From: Takakia lepidozioides
Taxonomy: Eukaryota; Plantae; Bryophyta
Length of the DNA stretch: 64,000 bases
Assembly: GCA_030704615.1 (NCBI GenBank)
Contig: CM060734.1
Span: 29,636,001-29,700,000, forward strand
Direction of reading: 5' to 3'
In this document: positions 1 to 11,877 of the stretch, piece by piece
How the letters are laid out: each line of letters opens with the position of its first letter
Position numbering within the stretch: the first letter of the stretch is position 1
Notes under the pieces: generated by a model
Database searches by the model: none
Told to the model about the DNA's origin: nothing
Seen by the model: only the letters and a program-made list of their open reading frames with translations
Position numbers and translations under genes: made by a program

Positions 1-340
1 TCAAGTTTCCCAATCCGCTCTGGCAGCTCCGTAAGCCCCTTACACAAAAGTAGATCGAGCTCTTCTAATTGTGTGAGGCATCAGATCAAATGAGGCGGCA
101 AATTGATTGTGGCAGTTTTTTCAAAGATGCGAGAACCCCCACGCACTCTGGTAGTTTGCGCATGTTCCGACTAGAACTTATGTCAAGAACACTAGCTCCT
201 TGAGATACACAAAGGATTTTGGCAAATTTGCTAATCGAGTAAAAGCGTAGAAAGAGTGGTCTCAATCGACTGGAATGTTTCCAGTCAACAAATTCATTGT
301 GGAGCCTGCCAATGACACGCCTTGCACAATGCTATCCACC
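1..340 (-). pseudogene. Degenerate leucine-rich-repeat (NLR-type LRR) coding fragment, runs off the window
   Basis: Manual minus-strand translation gives VLDISSSRNMRKLPECVGVLASLKKLPQSI and, after a stop/frameshift, LTQLEELDLLLCKGLTELPERIGKL, matching the LxxLxLxxCxxLxxLP plant LRR pattern. Confidence 0.5.
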
Positions 341-700
341 TGCATGAAATTGGAACCAAGGTGAGAAATGATGCGCTTACGTATACTTGATTCATATTCT
401 ATCCATCACTCATTCAAGCACCAAACTGATATACATAAATTTTAGCAAAACTGGCTATGGAGAATGATTCTTTCAATGCCTCGATGGCAAGAAATTAGAC
501 AACAAACATATGATATCCACACAAAACAGCAGCGTTACTAGTATGGGAAAAAAAACGATTTCTACACTGTCTGATCCATCATCTGCTTAGCTCGAAGGGC
601 CATTTCCCCCTTGTCCACCTCCCATAATCGGTCACCAAAAGGTAGGGAGTTCTCTCTTGAAATTTTCCGACCTATGTCCCGCAACTAATCATGCATCAGC

Positions 701-2128
701 ATTTTTTTACTTTTTATTTTATTTACGATAAAGGGGAGCGGAGGCCCTTTTAATCAAATTAAAAAAGAAGGTTCAACAATTGTGGAAAAAATAACCACTG
801 GGGAGGCCGTGAGGCTTACTGCAGGGAGACATCCCCGAAACCTTAGCAGACAAGCTACTGAGCATTGTGAGGGAGCAATGTAGATTTCAGGATATATGGT
901 GTAGAAAGAGAGGAGGTAGAGATGAATGAGGGGCTGCATGCTAACTGGTCTGCAAGGACCGAAGCCCTGACTTTAAGCAGGAGTGAATCAGCTGAGGAGA
1001 CTCTTGTCATGTCCAAAGTAGTGAAATGGAGTGACAATAAAGTAAGAAGAGCTAGAACTGCTGACTGAAGACAGCGAGGAGGAGCGCCTAGCGTGCATTG
1101 GAGGTGCAGCCTGCGTGGTCCGAGTTGTGGCTTCTGGTGCTGCTAGCTCCCATATTGAGCCCACGGTTCAGAACTTGAGCTGCGTTCTGGATTTGGTGTC
1201 TCGGGGCTTCTTGTGCCTCCAATTGAATTCTGCATCTTCACCCTCACCAGGGGACTTCCCATTGAGAGGGGATTGTGACTTTCCAGGTAAACCTTGTGTT
1301 GGGATAGCTGGTTCCGAGCATGTTGTTTTTACCCCAGGAGTGTTCGAAAGCTTGAAGCAGCTGCCTCCCGCGCTGTTCTGAAGTTCTGGGAAGAGCTGCA
1401 CATACATGTTCAAAGGCCTTCCTCCCCTCAGTTAGCAGGTCTTGATATATGCGAAACAAAACAGCTCTGCCACTGGGGTGCTTCCCCTCAAAAACCCAGG
1501 CACAACGCATCTTCCACAAATTCCACAAAGTGAGCGCTCTCAGAGAAGCCCAAACCGGGCAGCTACACTGAGACCTACCAGGGATGGAATTTAGAAGAAG
1601 AAGAAGAGGAGGTGGGGGGGATGGGAAAGATGTCCAATTGCAGTAGAAGGCAAGGGCCCTCTGCCAGACCCTGCTTGACAGACTACAATGGAGGAGCGAG
1701 TGTTCAATAGTCTCTGGTAGAGAGTTGCAGATAGGGCACAAAGGTAGATCTTCATGCGTTTTTAGTCTGACTGGCAGGATCCTGTGAGCCACTTTCCACA
1801 GAAAACCGGAGACCTTCGCTGGCCTGTCTTTCCTCCAGATGTCCTTCCAAATTTTCCCCCAGTCAGCTTGAGTGAATTGCATCTGACTCCATTTTGAGTT
1901 CCATTTGGTAAGGAAGGATCTGGGAGGACTAAGGAGGAGGTACCCTAGCTTCACCGAATAAGCAAAGAAGGGTGAATGTTTTTTATCCATCCATTTCCAT
2001 TCCCCAGGGTCGAATTGGAGATCCGACAGGGGGCACTGAAGGAACCAAACGAAAGAATTATGGATTGCCCACTGGATATCCTGGCCTTGGTGTTGGGTTG
2101 ATATTTCCTTTCCCATCATAGACTCTGT
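701..2128 (-). mobile_element. 5'-truncated L1-clade LINE (zf-RVT C-terminus, 3' UTR, A-rich tail)
   Basis: ORF 1244-2149 contains KVSGFLWKVAHRILP...CPIC...ETIEHSLLHC (zf-RVT) and LWNLWKMRC. T-rich run at about 701-725 is the tail. The 3' UTR resembles that of the copy at 18131-19200. Confidence 0.85.
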
Positions 2129-3565
2129 GTGGGTGCATCTAGGATGCAAAGGGAGTGTTCGACACTATGGCTGAACAAGATGTGGTGTCATGGAGTGCGA
2201 TGCTTGCATGGTATGCACGGCAGGGACGTGGGATGGAGGGCTTTGGAGAGCTATGAGCAAATGATGGGGGAAGCACATCATGTTTGTGTGCATTTGCAAT
2301 GTGCGTGCAAGCCTGGCAGCCCTGGAGAAGGGCAAGAGATGCATGGGGATATCATCAAAGCTGGAATTGTGCCAAATGTCAATCTGAACACTGCCCCGGC
2401 AGCTTTGGAAATGGGGAAAGATGTGCATGGCGACATCTTCAGAGCTGGAATTGTACTAGATGACATTCTGAACAATAGCCTGGTGAACATGTTTGCAAAA
2501 TGTGGGTGCATCTAGGATGCAAAGGGAGCTATGGCTGAACGAGATGTGGTGTCGTGGAGTGCGATGCTTGCATGGTATGCACGGCAGGGACGTGGGATGG
2601 AGGCTTTGGAGAGCTATGAGCAAATGATGGGGGAAGCACATCATGTTTGTGTGCATTTTCAATGTGCGTGCAAGCCTGGCAGCCCTGGAGAAGGGCAAGA
2701 GATGCATGGGGATATCATCAAAGCTGGAATTGTGCCAAATGTCAATCTGAACACTGCCCCGGCAGCTTTGGAAATGGGGAAAGATGTGCATGGCGACATC
2801 TTCAGAGCTGGAATTGTACTAGATGACATTCTGAACAATAGCCTGGTGAACATGTTTGCAAAATGTGGGTGCATCTAGGATGCAAAGGGAGCTATGGCTG
2901 AACGAGATGTGGTGTCGTGGAGTGCGATGCTTGCATGGTATGCACGGCAGGGACGTGGGATGGAGGCTTTGGAGAGCTATGAGCAAATGATGGGGGAAGC
3001 ACATCATGTTTGTGTGCATTTGCAATGTGCGTGCAAGCATGGCAGCCCTGGAGAAGGGCAAGAGATGCATGGGGATATCATCAAAGCTGGAATTGTGCCA
3101 AATGTCAATATGAACACTACCTTGGCAGCTTTGGAAATGGAGAAAGATGTGCATGGCGACATCTTCAGAGCTGGAATTGTACCAGATGACATTCTGAACA
3201 ATAGCCTGGTGAACATGTTTGTAAAATGTGGGTGCATCTAGGATTCAAAGGGAATGTTCGACACTATAGCTGAACGACATGTGGTGTCGTGGAGTGCAAT
3301 GTGATGTGCTTGCAGGGTATGCACAACAGGGATGTGGAATGGAGGCTTTGGAGACCTATGAGCAATGGAAGCACATCATGTTTGTGTGCATTTGCAATGC
3401 TTGTGCAAGCCTGGCAGCCGGCCTGGAGAAGGGCAAAGAGGTGCATGGGGATATCATCAAAGCTGGAATTGTACCAAATGTCAATGTGAACACTGCCCTG
3501 GCAGCTTTGGAAAAGGGGGAAGAGGTCCACATGGCGACATCTTCAGAGCTGGAATTGTACCAAGG
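2129..3565 (+). pseudogene. PLS-class PPR pseudogene built from about 4 tandem 363-bp units
   Basis: ORFs end at 2515, 2878 and 3241 (period 363 bp). Motifs include [23 protein letters not shown] and LNNSLVNMFAKCG. The units share a TAG after GCI and a frameshift. Confidence 0.85.
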
Positions 3566-3569
3566 TGAA

Positions 3570-6500
3570 TGCCTGTCAGATTACCGGATGCAAAGAGGTG
3601 CATGGTTGCATCGCCAAAGGCAGCAGCTGCAGCGGCACAGTTGAAACAGTTGAGTCTTGTTAGTTTCAACAAATCCCCTCACCAACAGATTGCCTTCGAT
3701 ATCTGCCTGGAATTTAAGGCCGAATGCCATGTTCCCTTGGAATGCCAGCACAGGACGACTGCAAGTGTTGGGCTCTGAACTGTGGAAGCCATCCAGGCTG
3801 GGGTGCTGCAGGCCCTGTTTGTTTCATCCAGTAGCGGGGACATGTAGTCTGGTATGTTTGAGAGGATAGTGGTCCAGGCCCGGGCTCTTCTCCCACCCAC
3901 CATTGCAGCTACCTCCTCTTCCGTGATGAACTGATTGTTTGCTCTTATGGAAGCAAGGTGTGTAAATCCTTGTGCCTCCCAGAAGGCCCATCTAGGAGTC
4001 TGCTCAAGCAGGATAGAGGAGTCCATGTTGTAATTTGCGAACAGCGGCTGCCTTTCACATTCTTGTGCTGTTTTGGGCATTGTTTGAGTGAGCCAGCCTC
4101 TCATGTTCTGCCATGCCATCCATATTGATTGCCAAGCATTGGAACCCAGCCTGGTGTTTTTGTTCTTTCCCTGCACAATCCATCTCAGCGACTGGGCCCA
4201 GAGAGGGGAGGTAGAAGGTATAGAGCCCATGAGATAAGGCTGTATCAACTTGCTCCATGGAGTGGTTGTGTGAGTGATGGCCCTGGTTATCCACTTTGCC
4301 AGCAGTGCCTGCGTTTGCTTGTTAGGATCGATAATCCCTAAGCCCCCTTTGTTTTTCTTTTGGCAAAGTTGTTCCCATGAAACGAGGGCTCTTCTGACTG
4401 GGCTCGCTGGGGTTGCCCCCCAAAGGAAGTTCCGCATCATAGCCTTGATTTTTTTTATTGGTTATTGCTCCAGGGTTAATCCACACTGCCGAGTAAAACC
4501 ACTTGGTTGCAAGTAGGACCTGGTTGATCACCAGCGCTCTTCCAACAATAGAGAGCATCGCTGAGCTCCAGAAAGCCAGTTTTTTCCTTATTTTCATGAT
4601 GACCTCCTTCATCCTATTCTGCTGGGACAGGTTATGACCCACCTGATGGCCAAGCAGCTTGTGAGATTCTCCCTCCCGAAGCCAAGACAGCCCAAGGTCG
4701 ACTCCCCATGGAAGGCAGTGTGTTGCTGCAGATTGTACTCATAAGACGTTGTTTGCCGTAGCCTTGTGGCCATTGACCCCGCGCCCAGTTTGAGCGGGAA
4801 CAAAAGGGACAGAACCTACCTCTGTCAGGGGCTGACGTTGGTAGTAAGACTTACCTCCATATAAAGAATTAATCCGGGTTTTCCAGATATCCTCTAGAAA
4901 TCCCTTCACACAAGCATCAATCTGCTGTGTGTGATTTGCCCAAAAACTAGGCCTCAGGAGGGCCTGGGCTTTTGGCTCAGCCTCGAGACTTTCAAAGTTG
5001 GTAAACAGGGGTACAGGCACAATTCCCTTAATAGATTTGAAGAGAGCGTCTCTTTGGTGAGAGAACCCCGAACAGTGTATGCTGCAGAGCCAGCTTGTAA
5101 GATAGACAGGATACCAACCGATTTACGCCAGTTGACTTTGAGTCCAGTGCCCAGGCAGAAGATATGAAGGGCCTGCAAGGCCTTGTCTATATTCCCTCTA
5201 TTGGAGTTGTCCAGCAGAAGGGATGTGTCATCGGCGTACATTGAAGTTTTTAGCATTTCTGGCTGGAGAGTGGGTAGGTGCAGCCCAATGATATCATGCC
5301 TTTGTTCAAACAAATGTCCCAGGGAGTCTGCCGCAATGAGAAACAGGAAGGGGGCAAGTGGACAGCCTTGTCGCACCGACCTGGTAATTGGAAAGGAAGG
5401 GGAGATGACTCCGTTGACCATAACCCGACTGGAGGCTGAATGCAACAGAATGTGTACCTAGCTGGTGAAGGCCCCCCCCCATTCCAGCTTTCTCCAAAGC
5501 CCTCAACAGAAAATTCCAGTCGATTGAGTCAAAAGCTTTTTCGAAGTCGAGCATGAGGTAGGCCAGTGGCTGATTGTTAATATGTGCTCTGTGCAAGGCC
5601 TCATGTGCCAATAAAATGTTATCCAGGATCATTCGGTTCTTAAGAAAACCAGTCTGATCTCTTCTGATGATCTTTGGCAGCAGAGGTTGTAGCCGGAGCA
5701 CCAGGGTTTTCGCCACAATCTTGTAGGTTGTGTTAAGCAAGGTTATAGGCCTGTAATTTGCCATGTTGTCCCTTTGCCCTTTTTTGAAGATCAAGGTGAC
5801 CAGGCCTTCAGAAATCTGGGAGGGCATGATTTTCTTTTCCAAGATATCATTTGTCATTGCCAAGAAATCCTCTCCAATGGCTCCCCACAACACTTTGAAC
5901 AGCTCAACCGGCAGGCCATCAATACCAGGGGATTTTTGTGAAGCCATTGCCCTTACGGCTTCTCCCAGTTCCTCAACTGTGAATGGGACAGCCAGGGATA
6001 TTCTGTCAGTATCCGAGAGCACACATGGAATTTGCCTCAACAGGGTGAGAATAGCCTCTTCTCTGGTGCAGGTGAGCAGTCCTGTCTGTGGAACAGATCC
6101 TTGAAAAAGCCAGCAGCCACTTCAGCCATCTGTTTGGGGCTGTCTGTAATTGACCCTGTGTTTGGATTTAGAAGGGCAGGGATCAATGTGGCTGATCTAC
6201 GCTGGGCTGCCTTGACGAAGAAATATCTCGTCATCTTCTCACCCTTCAAAGACCAGTTCACTCCAGCTCTGATCCTCATAAACTCTTCCTTTTCATGCAG
6301 TAAGACTGAAAGGTTCCGTTTGGCTGCTGTATAGGAGGTCATTGTGTACGGGCCCTCCCGACCACTCTGAAGTTGAAACTGGCATACTTGAAGGCACTTG
6401 GTGAGTGCTTTCTGCCTGCGGACTTTCTCTTCCGCTTTTTCCTTTGCAATATCCTGGCAGAGCTTCCTGAGCATGCGAAGCTTGGAAAGAAATAAGAGTG

Positions 6501-6830
6501 TTGGTGAGGAGTATGGCGGTGCAACAGCAGCCCAAGCCTCTTGGAGCGTTAGGATGACGTTGGGGTCCTTGAGAATAAGCGGGTTAAGTTTGAAGAACCC
6601 TCTTCCCCTTGCTCTGTGCCCCGGGGTGGACAGGGAGACCTTGACTGCGGAGTGGTCAAAGCCCGGTAAAATGGGTTGAATTGGCTCCCGCTTCATCCAT
6701 GAGGGCAGAGTGGGTGTTAGCATAGAAGCGGTCCAGCCGAGCTTGGCAGAGGTGTGGAGGTGCACGATTGTTGGACCAGGTGTGCTGCAGCTCGCCCCAG
6801 AGTGGAGTAGTGGCGTCTAGCAGGCCCACA
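3570..6830 (-). mobile_element. Degenerate L1-clade LINE ORF2 (end of endonuclease, RT, post-RT region)
   Basis: FDHSAV (EN end), KSPGIDG, NYRPITLLN, LDFEKAFD, RQGCPLAP, YADD, and NFLWG...GGLGI. Split over several frames. Confidence 0.9.
4735..5017 (-). repeat. Unclassified repeat interrupting the LINE RT; second copy at 36956-37168 (+)
   Basis: The reverse complement matches 36956-37168 (cctgtacc...aactttgaaagtctcgaggctgagccaa...ggccacaaggctacggcaaacaacgtctta). Confidence 0.6.
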
Positions 6831-8271
6831 GCAAAGCACAGGGAGTCCCATGCGGGGATTGAAAATGCAAAAGCGGTGAGCGGTGAGCATGAGCGGAGTA
6901 TTCCGAACCTTGCCCGAACCTACACCGAACCAAAATTATAGAACCGAAAACGCAGGTCCCGACATCCCCATACATAACAGGGAGAATTTGGGATTTTGTA
7001 AAAGCGCACGGAAATTGGGGTTTCAACGCCTATAGCCGTGCCCCAAGTTTCGCCGTTATAGTCGGCACCGACTACAACATAGCAAGCCAATGTGGGGTAA
7101 AACGGCCCGCGCGAAGCTTGCAGGTGTTGTAATTACATGAAACCCCTTCACCTATCCCCCAATACAAAAGCCACAACCATGTTGCATTACAGTCGAACAG
7201 AATGCAATCTCACAGAACAAGGCTTTTACAAGGCTTTTACAATTTCCACATGACATGGCATCTCTCACTTGAGGCAATCTCTCTGACTGTAATTATGACG
7301 CTGTCTGCAATCGGCACTTTTCTTCTCTAGCTCACATACTGCCGAGCAGTATTTCACCAGCATCTCCGAGAGACAAATCGATCCTTGCCTCATGAAGATG
7401 GGTGGCGATGCTTCTCTTCTCTATGTGTCAAAAGGAAGAAAAAGCTAGGAGGTTCAAACACATGTATGTATGAGTAGTGTAGGTCTGTATGTATCAAACC
7501 CTCGATTCAAAAGATACATACTGGTACTATTTATACGCAGTTAACATTTAACCAGGGTGGAAAGGAGACATGGTCATGTTCTTCGCTTGAAGCCCGGGAT
7601 ACAGAAAATTTGTCCCAAGATAAGGAATATTTTCTCGGGCTAAGGATTTCTTCTCCCGGGCCTTTCTGAAAGTACACGCCTCCCTCGTCTTCAACTCCTA
7701 CTGTATAGGCTCCTGAGAGTAGCAGATGCCATTTTTAGTCATCTCTGCCTAGGCATAGGCACTCATCTACATCAGTTCATCCTCGCTGAGAGGAGCCCGT
7801 TCAAGTTGAGAAACAGCTCTGCAGAACGAGGTAGAGAGTTTGCGTGAATGTAGTTCAGAAGAGAGGCGAGAGATGACGTGTTTGTACACACTTCAGACGG
7901 ATGTTGCTTGGAAAATGGTTCGAAATGCAGCAGCTGGTTGACACAACTCCTGATCACGGCTCGATTACACTTCTGAGCATCCATGAGAGTCCACAAAGTT
8001 ACAAATAATGGACACAGCAACGTGCAATTCATTATTGCTCGTAAAATGACATGTCATCTTTGGAGGCATTCCGCAATACAATCCAACTACGAATAAATTG
8101 AAAAACACCTGCGAGACCCCTTGAAATATGTAGTTCTAAATTACACCTGTATGTCTCCATGTGTGCCGTGAAAACCTAGCTATGGGCAACACGCATGGTA
8201 AGGCTTACAAGATTCAACGAGGCCTGTCCTGAGTTCAACCAGAGCATGAGTGGAGAAAGGAATTCACATAA

Positions 8272-8889
8272 TCACCTACTTTTCAATTCTGATAATCTAC
8301 GGCTTAAATCGTCTTCGGATACGGTCGATGCGGTCTCACTCGCAGGGACCTTATGAGATGCCGGTTGCGGCAGACCAACAGAGACCTCCAAGCCATAGTC
8401 ATCTGCCACCTGGTGCATGAGAGAATTTACTTCATCCTCAGGGGTTGAGAGGCTGGTACTGCCAGCCATGGCAGTCTCAACAAATTCTGACTGCACCTCC
8501 ATGTTCACAAAAGTCTTCTCGAATTGGTCCATAGTTTGCGAGATCTTCTGCATGTTGCCAACAGCCAGGGCACTGTCCAGAGCCTTAACAATACCAGCCA
8601 TAGATTTGCTGATGGTCTGCATTTTGCTTTGTGTCCCGAGGCGAGCAACAACAGCATCCAACCGCGAGGAAAGCCGTAAGTAATTAAGCTGTTCATTGTG
8701 CTTCCGAATGGCGTTCTGTGCATAGATCCGGGCACCGTCCATGTTCCCCTTCTCGATCGCCTTCTTCACCTTGAGCTTCTCGCTCTTCTCCTCGCTCTCG
8801 CATTTCTTCGCTTGCCGCACCAAGCTCTTCGCCGTGAACTTCAACTGAAATATCTGGTCTAACAACTTCTCCTGGCTGCCGCCTCCCAT
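8272..8889 (-). CDS. CHMP1: ESCRT-III associated protein CHMP1/VPS46 (Snf7 family)
   Basis: Intact 205-aa ORF with [40 protein letters not shown] and a C-terminal MIM1-like [13 protein letters not shown]. Confidence 0.95.
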   Translation of the reverse strand: MGGGSQEKLLDQIFQLKFTAKSLVRQAKKCESEEKSEKLKVKKAIEKGNMDGARIYAQNAIRKHNEQLNYLRLSSRLDAVVARLGTQSKMQTISKSMAGIVKALDSALAVGNMQKISQTMDQFEKTFVNMEVQSEFVETAMAGSTSLSTPEDEVNSLMHQVADDYGLEVSVGLPQPASHKVPASETASTVSEDDLSRRLSELKSR

Positions 8890-9357
8890 GTTGCTTGATG
8901 ACAGGAGCTCGACTTTACAGATTCACAGACACAAGCAATCCAGTTCTTCTCGGAATAGACAAAGATCTACCTGTGCAGATGATAAGTTCTCCAACCAGTT
9001 AAAGCCCTAACAAGCAGAGTCCTCTCAAATCAGCAGAACAACACCGTTCCTTCAGAGAAATCGAAGTACAAACGAGCCCGACCAACTATCCACTATCGAA
9101 CAGGTCAGAGTGGATTCAAGTCATACCTTCTTCAAGTAAAACTCCGATGCGAGGAGGCGCCAAGGAAAGCACGAGGAAAGAAACTTTGCGTGCCGAAAAG
9201 TTGAAGAGAAGACTCGCGCTTGGTTGTCGTTGTGGTCGGACGGTAGATACTTTCATCCACATGCAAAGGATGAACGTGGGATGAAAGTTATGGCCATAGC
9301 TAGCACGAGTGGGAGAGAAGAGAGGAAGGGAAGGCTGGCTATGGCGGAGGTTCAGAG

Positions 9358-10813
9358 ATGATGCGAGGATTGGTGGAGACGGAGGCTGGCAGGCTTGCGG
9401 GCAGGCTCGGCCTGCCTGCGCGGGTGGTGCAGGGATGCGTGAGGGCGGGGAGAAGGCATGGAATACAGAGCATGCAGAGTAGGAGGCCGAGAATTGTGCA
9501 TTTGAGGCAGGATGAGGTGGGGCGATTGTTGCCCTGGGCGGGATCGAGCCAGACGATACAGCAGCAGATAGGTGGGCCTGGGGCTTGGGTGGTGCGTTTG
9601 GCAATTTCTCTGGCTGGGTCGGTGATGCTCTACAACTACAATACGTTGGCCGCGTCTGTGGCGTCGCTGTACTGGGCCTGGGCTCCCATGTGGAGCACCG
9701 TCTTGTCCAATTTCGTTCTGCGTGTACGCTGTTCGCATGCAGGTCTGCCTTTCTACATTACGGTCGCTGCTGCAGACGTTACTCTCACTGTATCGTATTG
9801 TTGGACATTGACAAAGAGTCTGCTGCAGGTATTTGGAGGGCCCGTGTTGTTCATTCGAAATTCAGCCACCAACCTTTAAACAATCAGAGACAATTTCTGC
9901 TTGAAGACATCTTTGAAAGACGACCTGTGACTCCACCACTTCTCCACGTTGTCATTGGGGATGGTAGTTCAGCTACTCTGGAGGTATGAATGTTCTTCTC
10001 TACCCTGCTGCTCTGAGGAAGCACGAGTGGAAAGTAAAGAGAGCTGACACCCAAGTTTACGCAGGTGTCCCGAGTGCAGCTGTGTCTCAGTCTTTATAGT
10101 TTACCAGGATTTAGCTGGGTTTCGAGATGCTGTCTTAGTGTATCTTCGATTCTTACTATCTTTCCAACAAGGCAGAAAAAGGTTGGGAACAGAAATATCT
10201 AGAACTTCTAGAACAGAGAGATAAGAAAAGATAAGGGATGACGATCAGATGCTGTTATCAAACTTGAAAAGCGGGTAGGTGCCGAATTGGTAGTTAAAAG
10301 ATATATGGAAGGAGAGATTAATTCAATGCCGGTGAAGTATTCCTTGAGAGTGCTCCAATTATATAACTTGAGGACTCCTGATAATGTTTGTGGTGACAAT
10401 ACAGTGATGTGGATGCATAGATGAAAGTTCAGGTGCCTACCAACGGATATATGGTACAAGTAGGGGAGCCTGTGGAGGTGCTTGTGTTTTCTGATCGGAA
10501 GAGCATGTCCCGATTCAAGGCGGTGCACGATGTCTATGTACCAAACAAGAGAATCTGGATTTCGGAGCACCCTTGCATAGAGAGGCATGTTTTTGAGGAT
10601 ATGAGTGACGACTTTTCCCTGTCTGTGACAAGCCTCCCCTCACAGGTGCATTCTCCTCTGCATTTGTCACTTGAATTGAGAAGACCAGGACTTTGGAGTG
10701 CATTTGATGTAGATGTTATGTTCCTGTGCTTTAAATCAATCATTGCAAGGGCATGGATGGGCATGAAGGATCATCTTCAATATAAAGTAATACAATGTGA
10801 TAGCCATGAATAA
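9358..10813 (+). CDS. Conserved plant protein of probable cyanobacterial origin, likely plastid membrane protein; about 3 exons (9358-9741, 9829-9983, 10421-)
   Basis: GT-AG introns join LYWAWAPMWSTVLSN...HAG/IWRARV...HVVIGDGSSATLE/MKVQVP...DVYVPNKRIWISEHPCIERHVF in frame. The family resemblance is from recall only, and the 3' end is uncertain. Confidence 0.6.
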
Positions 10814-11877
10814 TCATAGATAAGTAATCACGGCTCAGATCTTAAATTACGATTCATCTTGTAGCCCCTAAAAGCTACGTTCTGGAAATAGCATTCTTAG
10901 CGAAGCTAGGAGGGACAAAAGCCACACGAAATGAGCCCTTCTTCGAACCTAAATCTACAACGATTCATTGCTCCGCCTCACCATGAACATCTAGGTTTAT
11001 CGAAATGTTGGCACAGCCGCAAAGCAGGGTGCAGCAAATGAAAAAGATTAGGAACTCGGGATCAGGAGCCACAAAGCAAAAAAATACTTGTTTTTCCTAG
11101 ATGACTGGATCATGGTTAGTCATCTTAATGGATGATCACCTCCCTTTATGGCAGTGCTCATCAGACACTGAAGTCCTGTACATGGTTTGTGTGGGAAATC
11201 TTAGCAGTCACCGTTGTTCATTTTGTAGGCACAGGGTGTTCAAAGGGTGGAGGCTGAGTCCCCATTGTTGGAAGAAGGCATTGCGAATGAAACCTGGTCA
11301 TTATCAAGCGAAGATGACTACCCAACACAGTTGCTCCCTTCCGGAAGACCCAGCCAGAAGCAACTATCTGACAGGATGTTTGAGAGAGTGCCGGAGCAGG
11401 ATCAAGACAACTATTACTAGTGTATGAGGGATTGGGACTTCCAAGGTGTCTCAGCTGTTTATGTGCCAACATTGGAAATCATAAGCATGACTCCAAGGCA
11501 GGCCTTGAATATCCTGCTCTGTGACTCACATTCCCAGAAAGTTTGTGACCACATTTTAGTCTGACACAATGGGCCATGATTTTTGAGCCTCTACATTTTA
11601 TAGTACCCCAAGAAAACAAACTTAAAGGGTCAGTTCGGTAACTCAACTCTTGTATACCTGGTTAGTTCCTAAGAATGTGTCTTCCAACAAAAGGCTTTAT
11701 AAAACAAGTCAAGCTCTTCAAATTGGGTCCTGAAAGAAATAATTCATGCCTATCATGGATGTTGTGATGGACTCAAAACTTTATGACGGCTGTAAGTCAA
11801 AGATACCTAGTTTGTTATCTTCTGCCTGTAACCTTTTCTGAAATCTAGGGTTGTAGCACCGTCCAGTTATGGGTACT

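Noticed and set aside
2510-2515. PPR stop codons as sites repaired by U-to-C editing
   Set aside because: This is nuclear DNA, the TAG replaces GAG/AAG rather than CAG, and frameshifts accompany it.
6900-6950. Four CCGAA(C) motifs, possible DNA-transposon subterminal repeats
   Set aside because: No TIR pair or TSD could be identified.
8890-9357. Short head-to-head spacing between CHMP1 and the neighbouring gene (bidirectional promoter)
   Set aside because: A common arrangement, and no specific regulatory motif can be supported from sequence alone.
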